Shown here one piece after another: positions 40,356 to 53,366 of a DNA stretch of 64,000 nt. The position numbers and the translations under genes were made by a program. Where the stretch lies: contig JAQGDQ010000193.1 in NCBI GenBank assembly GCA_030141605.1, forward strand, positions 62,001 through 126,000, in the 5' to 3' direction. A model generated the notes under the pieces. That model did no database searches and was not told the origin of the DNA. It saw only the letters and a program-made list of their open reading frames with translations. Origin of the DNA: Tubiluchus corallicola (lineage: Eukaryota; Animalia; Priapulida). How positions within the stretch are numbered: position 1 is the first letter of the stretch; each line of letters opens with the position of its first letter.

Positions 40356-41630
40356 ATGGCAGATGCTTTAGAGTTGGAACTAGAAGATGGTGAAATATCT
40401 GATGGAGAATGTGAAGAACTACTGAGAGCCAGCGAGGAAGATAACAATGTGGACGAGGACAACGAAATTCCAGATGATGATTGGACGCCACTTCCAAGAC
40501 CTACTGCACCTGTCAATCCACCGTCGTTACCGGCAGTAGTGAAGCATGAAGAACAAAGCGGGAGTGATTCGGAAAAAAGCAGTAACAGCGATAGCGACTA
40601 CAATGCTGCTAGTGGAGACAGTGCATGGAAAGGAAAGAAAAAATTGCCACCTAGGCCAAATCGACCAGTTTACAGTGGGATGCCAGCTGGTGGTAATGAA
40701 GGTCCTCTTAGGAAACGGAATAATGTTTGGTCTACCATTGCAGAGGAGCAATCACTGGCTCAAGGACTAACAGGATTCGCTGTAAACAAAGACGAGTTTA
40801 ACAATGACAGAAGCGTAGAAAGCTACGATTATACTGTTGCTAGTGTGGCTTCTGTCAAGCGAAAACGAGATGACTGCGAAGAGGAGGAAGGTGAACTCTC
40901 CTCCGAAGAGGAAGATTCGATGGACTGGAAGCGTTCCGACAGAAAGCAGTCCGATTGGAAACGAAAGCGAATCGGCGATAGCGTAAAATCTGTTGAAGAA
41001 AAACCGTGGAAGAAGCCTGTAAAAGAACGGGTTGGCACAATGACAATGAAACACCGAATTGAACTAAGCATAGAAGATACACAGGAAAAAATAGTTTATG
41101 AGATGGCCCACCGGTTGTCAGAACCTAAAGTGAGTTTATTGGGTCGTGTTGTGGAAGCGCTGGGAAATGCAAAAACATTGTCCTTGCTTGGTGAAACTGA
41201 AGACATTGAACTTTCCGGGGGACTTTTGACGTTGGACGGGTCACGCCGTCGTACTCCTGGTGGTGTGTTCCTGCAGCTGTTGAAGAATGACGCGGACATT
41301 ACTAAGGAGCAGGTAGACCAAATCTTTCTTGTAGAGCGCCAAAAATACAATGAGCAGAGGGGGAAAGAGCGGAAGAAGAAACGAAAGTCAAGTAGAAGGA
41401 AAGCAGCTGGGAATGCAGCAGAGTTGAAAAAAGAAGCCTCGGCTACAGCAAATACAGTTGAATACGAAAAACCTATAAAAGAAGAATTCGAATTTGGAGA
41501 TGCAGTTGTAGAAACCAAAGAGTTAGAGATAAAGGAAGAGCAAGCAGAAACAAAACATATTAAAAAAGAAAATTATTCAACAGAAGGTCCATCATGTACT
41601 GTAGAAGTAATTAATGGAGCTATTACTTGA
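40356..41630 (+). CDS. PHAX: Phosphorylated adapter RNA export protein, intronless CDS
   Basis: 424 aa with N-terminal LEDGEISD, KRNNVWSTIAEEQ, RSVESYDY, and the RNA-binding domain LSEPKVSLLGRVV..IELSGGLLTLDGSRRRTPGGVFLQLLK. Confidence 0.95.
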   Translation: MADALELELEDGEISDGECEELLRASEEDNNVDEDNEIPDDDWTPLPRPTAPVNPPSLPAVVKHEEQSGSDSEKSSNSDSDYNAASGDSAWKGKKKLPPRPNRPVYSGMPAGGNEGPLRKRNNVWSTIAEEQSLAQGLTGFAVNKDEFNNDRSVESYDYTVASVASVKRKRDDCEEEEGELSSEEEDSMDWKRSDRKQSDWKRKRIGDSVKSVEEKPWKKPVKERVGTMTMKHRIELSIEDTQEKIVYEMAHRLSEPKVSLLGRVVEALGNAKTLSLLGETEDIELSGGLLTLDGSRRRTPGGVFLQLLKNDADITKEQVDQIFLVERQKYNEQRGKERKKKRKSSRRKAAGNAAELKKEASATANTVEYEKPIKEEFEFGDAVVETKELEIKEEQAETKHIKKENYSTEGPSCTVEVINGAIT

Positions 41631-44473
41631 AGCCGTGCAAAAATTTGTCATTTATATGGTTGAGTTTTTGATATTTTTCCAAATGATATAACTTGTGTAC
41701 AGTATAAAAACATATTATAAAGTATACACATGCTAGGTTATGTCAGATTGCAACTGGTATCTGACTTATGTATATATATGTACATATATAAAATAGTTTG
41801 TGCTTTTTCTAATGAGTTTCAACTGCATCATTTCAATGTTGTGAAATTTTACATGTTGAAGATTATTGTTTTAAACTGCAAACAAAAAGCGAGAACATGT
41901 GTCGTGTACGTAAACAAAATAGTACGTGTATGATGGACATCAAGGGTGGAATTGTTCTGCGAAGTTTTCTTACTGATTTGAGTTCATTAGCAAACTGACT
42001 TGATAAAACAGCAATTTTTGTAATTGCAAGTTGATGCATTTTAACTTCTTCAGTGTAATTCTGTAAACGTAGAATCAGAAAATACACTCAAACACTTTTC
42101 AAACTCTCAAATCTTTATTCCTTGGAAAACGTCTAAATTCAAACTACATTCCAATAAAGTACATTATTAAAACATAATTATGTACATATTATAGCAATAT
42201 CATCGTTGATTACAAAAAATCACAAGCTGTCGTTTCAGCGATGTATAAATAATGGCTTCCGTATAGCATTATAATGGCTGCAACAACATTGCATTAATAT
42301 CATTACATATATTAGGCTCTCGTACATTAATCAAAACTCACATTTTTATAAATATAATTATTAAACAATGCTGAGTACCAATATTTTATAATTTAAATAT
42401 AATCCAATTTCTTTACAAACATCTGAAGCATTTATGCCTATTGCTTTATATTACTCTGCAATTTTATTAAAAGAGGGGAGACTCGAAATCTGGTTGTATA
42501 GATGTGCTAGCAAAGGCCTAACTCACTATTCATTTTTGTAATTGTGCTAGAATATTGTGCGTTTCCACTGGGTATCCCAAAATCACCTTACACTTAATCT
42601 CGTATTACTGGTAACTAAAGCCAAACTCAATGAAACAGCAACGACTGGATATTTGACGGACGGCCAAGAAGCCTTCCAGTATCGACGTTTGCTCCGCTGA
42701 GTTTTGTTTAGCTACTTAAGACGGATCAGAAACAAAACAAAAAGTAGGGTAACTTTGGGGACACCTTATATTTCGTGATCACGTGATGCGTCGTCATTAC
42801 ACGAGACGAGCTACAAAAAGAATCAAGCAGTAATATTGACGGAAAAAACACCACCAACAGTAGCTGAGGAAGAGGTAGTTAAAATTATAAGCTACCATCA
42901 GCTGCAGCCGAGTCAGAAACATGTATACATGTTAACAAAAATATAATTATTATGCAATCAATAAAAAAACTGCCATAAGAATAGAGGTTGCTTTGTAAAG
43001 GTGGAATGCAACAAAAAATGAGATTGTTTTATAAACGACGTATGACAGATAAAAAAAGTAGATGACACCGTGCACTGGTGTGAAAATTGATTACTTTTAC
43101 AAAGCCAAACTTGCGTGTTTTATTTGAATTTCGGCTTAAATAGCACCACAATGCACACTAAATGTAGAGCACCGAGTAACGCATTAGCCAATGTATAGCA
43201 GTTGTGCTAAAACACATCCGCTAAATTTGAGGAGATCCATGGGCAGTCCAAGTACTGCATCGGTCATTTCGCTCACTCTTAACATTATATTCGAAATTTC
43301 TGATATATTTTTAAAATTCTGTGAAAGTTTCTTCATTTTATAATAAATTGTTCGCAGAGTTGCAGTCAGTTTTGCATTGTAATAATTGCATGTTCAAAAA
43401 AGAAACAGATGTCGACCAGCCCTCAGTAAACAAAATAGAGTATGCAAACACTGGTAAGCAAACAGCTCACCAGCCTGTAAACGTCAACAAACATGCTTTT
43501 ACCATTTAGGACAGGCAAAGACACCGCAAAATTAATTTTAACAATCTAAACAGTATTGTATACAATACAGTTTGTTTTTGAGAGGAGGGCAACTTACTAG
43601 CAATGGCCATATAATTTATTACAAAACTTTGGCAGACAAATGGGTTATTAGTTAGGAGAAGTGTTTGACAAAGAGGTAATGAAACATATCACCTGCCTGT
43701 GAAGCGAGACAAAATAAAAATGACATACCTTAACGAAACATTGGAATTGCCTAAAAAGCCGGTTTACTTCATCTCAAAAATGTTAATCTTGAAACCAAAC
43801 TTAATAATGTTCATCCGTCTGGTACAGAATTAACGATTATTTTGTTTTATCGAATCTATAATTTACATTTGATTATTTTTTCAACGTATATTGATATGTA
43901 TTTTAAATCATTATTATTAAATAAAGAAGACACAATGGACACTTCCACTAAAATAAATTCGGCGCAGTTCCTGACCAGATTCTGGTGCACTAAATGGGCA
44001 GTCCATGTACTGTGCGCGCTTTATGACCCAGCCCATACACCACAAGTGGTAGATAAGCTAGCACATGTACTGCACAGTGCGCTACATAGGCTAGTGCGTT
44101 ACATGGCACCAAACATAAATATTTATTAGAGAAATCGCAAGCACTAAACTTTTACTTGCTGTTCGTGGGAATGTGTAAGAATGGTATCAAATACATCTAT
44201 AAAAATATGCAATAGAAAGTAGAAATCTGTACAAAATCAGAAAATGTGAGAAAAGCATGCTAGCAATAATATAAAATCTAACTAAGAGAAGAAAGATATG
44301 TACGCCCAACGAAGTCATAGTGTGTAAATCTCGTTGTAGAAAGAATTTAGACAAAAAAGTAAATCCATACAAACAGCATTTTTAACAGACAAACTATTTA
44401 CAAGTATGCACATGATATGGAAAATAATTACACAAATAAATCTATCACACAATTAGAGATGCCCTGCGAACAC

Positions 44474-47400
44474 TCAGGATGACTTATGTCGTCTGTTCTG
44501 CCTGGTCGCTAGTTCTTCTTGTATTTGCACAAGTGTCTTATATATGATGGCAAATTTAGGCCTATTCGATGGCTTCGCTTGCCAGCAAAGTTTCATCAAC
44601 TCGTACACGGGCAGAGGTGTATCAAGCGGGCTCTCCAACACGTGCCCACTTTTGGTAAATCGTATCACCTCTTCATGCGTCTTGCCGTAATACGGTTGCA
44701 TTGCAAACGAAAATATCTCCCACAGCAAGACCCCAAACGACCACACGTCCGACTGTGTAGTGTACTTGCTATACAGTATAGCCTCTAAAGGCATCCACCG
44801 TATTGGGACTGCATCGTTCTCGTTACCCTGGTAGTAATTGGTTGTATAGATTTTTCTTGAAAGCCCGAAATCACTAATTTTCACAATCAGATTGTCACCC
44901 ACCAAGCAGTTACGTGTGGCGAGGTCGCGGTGCACAAAGTTCCGAGACGATAAATACACCATCCCGGAGGCGATCTGCTGCGCAATGTACAGTTGGTCCC
45001 TCTGCTCTAGTTTCGCTTCCACCCTGTTGTTGGAGTTATTTTCCGACACTATGTAAGGTGAACATGATCTGAGGAAATCATTCAAATCACCTTTGCTCAT
45101 GTATTCGAACAGTAAACACATCGGTTTACCAATTGCACAAACGCCTAATAGTTTTACAATATTTGGGTGGTCAAACTCGCACATGAGCGAAGCTTCTCTT
45201 TCAAAATCAGCTTGCAGGTCCTCCGAAGCCTCCTCTTTTAGCGTTTTGACCGCTACGTACACGTATTCCACGCTTTTCACTAAACCCGGTGCTTTGGCTT
45301 GAAATACTCTTCCGAACGCTCCCTGGCCGATGTCGCGCACGTACACGATGTCATTACGTGAATACTCCATCTCACACAGTTTTGGGTTTAACGCCATTTT
45401 ATCATGTTCATGGTAGTGAGCATTCGTAGGTAATGTGGTCAGGTCGATTTCCACATCGCGCGTTGCAGTGCTACGATATGGTGTCAAACACGTTCTGTGT
45501 GCTCGACGGCACAGTACACTAAGCATAGTCACTAGCACCAAAATACCGACCGCTATACTTGAAATAATAGTTATTTTTTCTGTAGTTTCATCACCAAAAA
45601 TGGACCAGCCTAATTCAAATGCCTCCTTGGTGGCATTGTTTTCATTGAGGTAGTCGTTAGCTGTAAAACAAAAGGAACAATAAGCAACAGCAAACTGAAT
45701 GCGGCACAACAAGCATACTTATGCTATGAAATTTACCTTCACAATTCCATAAAATTAATTTAGAGTTTGATTACTTTCTTCTATTAGATCTTGTACTTGC
45801 TTATATACGCACATCAACAAAGATGCTAAACATGCTTGCAGGTACTCAGCCATCAGTTAAAATGCGTCAAATCATTATCGAAGGTATACCACAAGCTGCG
45901 ACAACAATTCTAAAAACATTCACCATATCACTTATCATTGCATCGCAAAATTTTCCAAAAGCAATAATTTTTTCAGGCGCTAATTACAGAAGGAGGACCC
46001 GACAGCATAATACTCCTTCCTCCTTTTTACAGTGACTTTTATCACTTATAATGTGGCAATGTTTGTGATCAAATGTGTATGCATATAGTGTGAAATAAAA
46101 TAAATTCAATTCAATTCCTGTTACTGTTTATTAGCTATTCTTTTTTGTAATATTTTTGGACTTATTTGTCAGGTTGTCTACCTTTTTTGATTATTCTAAA
46201 AAGCAACTTAAGTTCGGTGTTTAACACGAGTGAAAAACAAGACCTCAGAGAAATCCTAAAAAATCTGGAAGTAAACCTCGACGGATACTCCATCGTTTTA
46301 ACTACCAGATTAGCACGTTAACACACTGTGTTCCAGAAAACTGTCCACTGGCATGAGTGGAAATTGTACGACAAAGTGGCTATTTACTGACTAACGATAA
46401 TTTATAAAGCACTTACCACAACGTTTAATACTACAATTATCCCATCGTGTAAACTGATCTTGGGTAAAGCACCACGGCTGTTCGCCCTCTCCCAGCGGGT
46501 TGCGACAATAATTCTTCGCATTTCTCAAGCTGGGATAAACATCGGGAAAAAACTTATGACTATGAGGAACCTGGAAACGGAAGAAGGAAAACAATGAAAA
46601 TGATTCACTTTTATTGAGCTTATAATTTTTCTCTCTTTCGAAACCCATAACAAATTTACAATGACAGATCTGACCTATATACTCGATCTACTCCAGCAGA
46701 CTGTTCAGGTACACACTGGATTCCTGTGCAAAACAACAAAAGTATCCCAAGAAATAAAAATACAAGCCAAAAAGTTTGTGTTTTTTTCGTTTTTGATACA
46801 ATCAAAAGTTTCTCGGCAAAACGGAAAATTTATAGCGCACAGGGGTGTATCAACACGTTACGATGCCCTAGGCTGATGGTTCTGTCTCGCCCACCTCTAC
46901 TGTGAATTTAAGTTGTCTATGTAACGAGCGATTTAAACAATTACTTGTGATGTATAAGAAACACTATTAAGCTAGTTTCTACATGGTCATTATTAATTAC
47001 ACGTATTTGCATAGCGCTTATATTCAAGCAGACTGCGCAACTGCTTGTTGTGTAATACTTTGCACCTGTTCGTTATGTGGCACTTGTAAAAGCTGCATTC
47101 AGAACTGCCTGCGGTGTGCTATAAAATGTGCCCTTTACTGAATATGAAAGTATGCACATTTTCCAAGGGGAATGAATTTTTTTCCTAAAATGTGACGACC
47201 TAAACTATAGCATAGTTAGCCTACTGGTTAGAACTCCCCTGATTATGCAGGCCAAGCCTGAAATCCAAAGTCCAAGAAGTTCTTATTCATCTAAGAAGCT
47301 ACGACAATCTTCGTAAAACAGCATGCTGCGATATAAATAACTTTTAAAAGTCACTCACCTGTGCATTCCAGTATTGACAAGGTTTTCCCGATTCAGTTAC

Positions 47401-50400
47401 ATTGAGAGTTCCCTGATAGAAGGCACCTTTTTCATGAATACACTCGGCTGAAAAAACATTACACGATAAATTTTCCACATTATCATAGTGCCTGCACGTA
47501 GCAACCGTGCTTTGAAACACCTCCAAGACTTCACATGTATAGGCCACACTTTTATAGTAATTTAGTAAATGACCATGACCTGCCGATTTTTTATTGAAAA
47601 ATCTTTAATAAAAAATGAGAAAAAATTCATTGATTATTGTGGGATATTTACCAAATTGATGTTGTTCTTGCTATATTAAGAATTTGAAAACTCTATTTTT
47701 ATAGTAAATTTTTTGATTTTTTGTCTACCATATCTCAGGAGAAACTGTTACATTTATTCTTTGAACTACGCAGCAACTGTTCTATTTAACTATACAGTTA
47801 AACTGTTTTTATACTATTATACTGTATATTTTAAACTGCTTTTGCTAATATAAAAGGAGGCAAGCCACAATGCACACACTTCACACAGAACTGAATGAAT
47901 CGCACCAATTACTTTTGGAATAATTGGTAGGAAGTTAGGATAAAATGAACACAACTGTTCTTTGTAAAACCCTAGTTTTAAGCTTATTCAAACAACGTAC
48001 TAGTGGACTCGTTCTTGGCTCGTATCTCCCACTCGGAGTGCCAGTGCAGCGCCACCGTACACTTGCCACTTGAAATGCTGGGCAGCTCATCGCACGCCGG
48101 CAAGCGGAAGTGGCCGCGTGATTTCAGCGGATTTCCTGCCGCTTTATCATTCTCGATTTGAATCCAGTTGCTGTAGCAGAGAAAGTCTTTCATCATGTGG
48201 CATTCTTCTCTGTAATTAAAAGACAGTAATGATTAAGAGGTGTGATCAGTACATGCACGGATGATCCAAGGATGCTGTAAATGGCTGCAAGGAAGAGATG
48301 CTGTAGTAAGCGGCTGCAAGGAACGGATGCTGCAATAAACGGAGGTATCTGCAATAGATTTCCCTTTGCATATCTCAAACAAAACAGATTAATGATTTAA
48401 TGTCTCGACAACTGTCCCTTAGGTCACCATCAGGAGAAAAACACAAGAGAAAATGGTACAGAGATTACTGAACAGTTTGCCCTTACAGCACTTAGTAAAA
48501 AACAGTCAGCAGCAGCAACTTAACATAATTTAGCTAAATCAAAATAATCACGTGCGAAGTAAAAAAAAGCTATTTCCATTTAATGTGTGGGGAACATAAA
48601 CCTGCATGAACACAACACAGTGTAACGCACGTTATAAAATGATTTGCTGAATATTTGTCTGCACAAGAAATGTGGCTGAAAATTTTTCATGTTATAATAT
48701 TTCCGCTTTTCATCAAACTGAACGATGCGAGTTTATGTATGTGTCTGTGCAGACAAAACGTTTACTACGACACTGTGATTATCCTGCAAAATTATCATAA
48801 CATCCCGGAAGCCAGTAAGATTTCAAAGATGCAATACCTGCAAAGTGGCTTGGGTTTAATGAAGCCATCCGTCATGTCGCAGTTAGGAAACGCATAGTGA
48901 CACAACATTTTTTCACCTGGTATCCTGCACCTAGCCTCCATAGTAGAAAGCATTTCCACCCATAAACCTAAAATTGTATAAAAAGTGTCTACAATCATAT
49001 CGAAAATGGTATAAAAACTTTACACACACTAACCAACTAGACTGCAATTCAACCCCGTTACTAAACACGCATTGTTAAATTGCAAAAGAAATTCAAGTAC
49101 TCCACAGTATCCAAATTGCTCTTTCAGATAAAATGTTCAGATACGTGTAATAACTTCACACAAACTAGGAGCAAAAGGCCTACTTAGCACCACAGTAGAT
49201 GAAAGAAATGCCCTTCATGGAGAGAGTCAGTGGCATAAAACAGTGCCAGAAATGTTAGAATGCAATGTCTATTAAGATAACCCACTGTAAAGTGCAAATG
49301 TACGGGGTTAGCTTCTATTTCCTACATGAGACATCATAACTGATAAGAAAAAAGAAATATCATTTCAATAGTAATAAATAACAAATTATATTCTCATCAC
49401 TGTCAGAAGTAGAACTTTAATTTAACAGACCAGATTTGGAAAATGATTATGGCGTATACGATAAGCTTTTGAGCAATCGCGTTGATGAGCTAAGATACCT
49501 TTGGTGATGTTTTCGTTTAGCTCTGCCGGTGTGCTGAAAGTTGTATTAAGATAAACGTGACGTTTTCCCAAAATGTGCCTGCAGATGGAGCCACTGTATG
49601 GCACACACTTGCCCTCCGAGTAAGCTGACAATGGCCACAGTGTTGTAGAAGACCTAGAAATTATGAAAATTTTTAACATTTCAAGCAATTCAGGAAATTA
49701 CAAAATAATAAATTTTCAAGAAACTTTACAAAAAAATATTTCTCAAGAAATGCCTGCTGACGTTTCGTGCCCATATCTATGCAAACCACTAGAATTTAAG
49801 ATCGTTGATAAATTGCCCACTAGTTATATTCTAGCTCATTAAAATACAACAAAACAAAAAACTGAAAAAACTTTGTTCAATTTCTCACTAGATGGCTCTA
49901 GTGACGTAAGTTCTGGTTTTAACTAATTAAAAATGCTAGTGTCCAATATGAAAATTTGTTGTCATGACTGTGGTTGTAATTTCTTCTGCTCGGCAATATT
50001 TAGGCTGCCTGGCTTTAAAATGTGAAAAGATTCACAAAAAATGTCAGTCAGTAAATCTTATAACTAATCAAAATGTTCAAAAGTTTGATTGCTTGAAAAA
50101 AATTTAAGATGGGAATATAACAGCACTGCCCTGAATTTTTTTTTGAATACTAATTTATAGGTATCTAAATTAATATAAAGCATACACACACGCATCTCGT
50201 ATATGCCGTGATGCTAGGCACTAATAGCGTGGTAATTCTTTGCAAAAGACAGAATTTAATGCAAGTACTTTGTGCAGTACACCAAAAAGTGGACTACTAT
50301 CGTTGCATCGTAATCATGCTTGTGCTGTCACCATTGAGTGATGCCTGTATCACTTTGCTTATTATTATTTAATCAATTCACTATTAGAGAAACGGTAATC

Positions 50401-53295
50401 ACAGATACGAATGCCAAATTAGCATCGGACTCAGAAGAAATATGATGGAATGTTCTCTTTGGGTGACTGTTAGTATTGTCCTAGTTGAAATGTATATCAA
50501 AACTTTATATCAATTAAAACTATGGTCATTGCCACTTTAGCTAATGTGGCACTGGAACACTGAAAACCATGCCATTGCTGTTTTAGCTAACGTCGCACTG
50601 TATCATTGAAAACTATGCCGTTGCCACTTTAGCCAGCGTGGCACTGGATCATTCAAAACTATGGTCATTACCGCTTTAACTAAAGTGGCACTTGAACATT
50701 GAAAACTATGCCATTGCCATTTTAACTAACGTGGCACAGCATCATTCAAAACGATGTCATTGCGCATTTAACTAACGTGGCGCTTGAACATCGAAAACTA
50801 TGCCATTGCCATTTTAGTTATCGTGGCACTTGAACATTGAAAACTATGTCATTGCCATTTTAGCTAATGTGGCACTACATCATTCAAAACTACGTCATTG
50901 CCATTACCAGTAATTATTTTACCAACAAAATACAAAAACATTGAAGTTTTAGGCAGCACAAAATTATGCCCCAATCATGCACTCATTATCAAACTACACT
51001 ATTCAATTTGCATTCAGTACATTATAAACTACAATTTAAAATACAAGGTAAACAAATGAATAAGCATATGACCAAATACTTACTTTGCTGCTGGATAGGG
51101 AACCATCGTGTCAACAACATTGAACATGAAAAAGAATGAAAAAAGGCCAGATTTAATAATGATAAAAAGCATCTTGTCTCAGTGCTAACTTATAATAATA
51201 CAGGCATTGCTTCACATCCCTTTAGTTTCATCCAATTGTCTTACTAGCGCGTCCATGGCTTCACTAGTGAACAAAAGGCGCAGGTTCAGGACTCGCAAGA
51301 CATCAATCGACTCAGTGATATAAGTGACTCACGGCGAGAGGCAGTCATCCACTACCAATGCAAAACACTCATTTAACATTTGATACAACACAAACACTAG
51401 TTCTAGATGCTCTATTATCACTGCAGTTTCCAATTCGCAGCTTCAAGAATTTGCCAGATACGCAAATGGATTAATAAATGCACCAGCACGAGTACAAAAG
51501 TGAAATGGACTATAAGTTTCACAGATTTATTGCAAATTGCAAGACTGCTTCAGTTCACGTTCTAGGGTCAAGACACGGCTGACTGTACGTTATCTGACTT
51601 TGACATAAATGCCTGACCTGCGTCTGACTCTTAGCTGTGCGAATTAGTTGACCAGCTGACCGATGAAGAGACGAGTTATTGGTCACGTAGTCGGTACAGT
51701 AAAACAAATAATGAGGTACTTATCGTCGGGAAACTTCCAGAATTTCAACCCGCGAACCCACACTTTGAGAATGGAACCCACACCATAAAATTTATACAAT
51801 TTTAGGAATGTTAAAAAGATTGTTAATAAATTTTGATTATGACACAAGGCGCACACGATGCAAAATCTGTCTGCTGACTGGATAAACACTGCATTTCAAA
51901 CGATGTCGCACACGAATCCGTTTGCGACAACTCGTCTGAGACACGTTCTTGCTCGTTTGCGGGCTCGATAAAGGACTGAATTCCCAACTTTGTCGCACCC
52001 AAATTTTATTAAACGGGCTTAACTTTCCTGTCTAAATGATAATGCGCTCGTTTGCGGGCTTGGAGCAAAAATCTTACGTTACCAGATCTTACCTTACCAT
52101 ACCATACCCTAACTTACTTTTCTTTGCATTAACTTACCTTACTTTACCTGTCTTCACCTTACCTTACTTCAGGTAAACAGTAGATGTCCACCTAATGGAA
52201 ACCTTAAAGACAAGCGAGATAAACAAAATAATTTGAACAAAATTAAGAAGTGAAAAACAAAACACAACAAAAACTAGTTAACTAGACATAGCAAAAAACG
52301 TTGACCAAAGAAAATCTGGTTTCTACATTCTTTTTTTATGGAAGACACATTGCACGAACAAATTTTTAATGAGCTTTATTTGCGATTACGTAGTTGTAAT
52401 TTACACATGACCTTCAAATCAGCTAAGAATAGACTCCGCTTGTCCTGAGCTTTAATTTCATATGATCACACTCGATTCTTTCCTGTTCCCTGACTGTCAA
52501 AACCCCTGATAATAATTGTAGGCAAAAAATTGGGTAAAATAATATTCTCTTAACAGAGATATAATGATGCAGAGAAACTGCGTGAGATGCCCTTTTTAGG
52601 CCGTAGAAGCAGGATGACAGATATGCCGAATTCTATATCAACTCATGTCATTTTCATAAAGCAGTGTCATTTACTTTCAACTGATGGAAAATAAAAATCA
52701 TAATTTACGCCACTGCAATTTGAAAAAATCAGGGAAGTCAGAATCACTCGGCAGTTTTTGTGACCTTTGACCGTATCGTTGCAAAATTTTCAAAGATCTT
52801 GCGACTCTGTACCACTGTAGAAAATTGAAACTGAATGAGTGAGAAGTAAATAGATGGTAGATATACAAAGCAAAATGAATAAAGAACGTGGAACATTTCA
52901 CTGTGAAAACGAAATCCAGTACATAAGTCCTCATTATCGGCTAGCAGGTGGCGGGACAGATGTTCAAAAACATGTGAAAAAGCTTAACTCATTCAACAGA
53001 TGCCAGTGCGTCATAGGATTGGACAATCTGGGGGCAATAAAACTCTGTCACATTGCTAATACATGTGTAAAACAGCAGTGAACTGTAAAACTTTCCAGCA
53101 CATACAGACTCAACGTAAGAGTCTATATTGTAGCTGTTCTCAGTCCCTATTGTCGCCATCAACCAAAAATTCATATCATCTAGTCCAGAATGTGAAGCAT
53201 TGAGTTATCAATTTATTGAGCTTTCTGCCCAATTGTGTGGATATGTCATTCAGAACACCGATTGTCGTTGCCGTGGAATCTGTTTTATCATAAAA

Positions 53296-53366
<71 letters not shown>

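Noticed and set aside
40333-40358. PSMG3-PHAX fusion protein by stop-codon readthrough
   Set aside because: The ORFs are out of frame (20-nt spacer), the stop is TAA, and there is no slippery site.
40315-41518. Several antisense and alternative-frame ORFs over PHAX (likewise over SNAPC3, ACAA2 and the MuSK kinase exon)
   Set aside because: Shadow ORFs expected from codon bias of the real CDS; no recognisable motifs.
50515-50905. CRISPR-like array (also 15728-16048 and 55059-55152)
   Set aside because: Units are contiguous with no unique spacers, the context is eukaryotic, and there are no cas genes.
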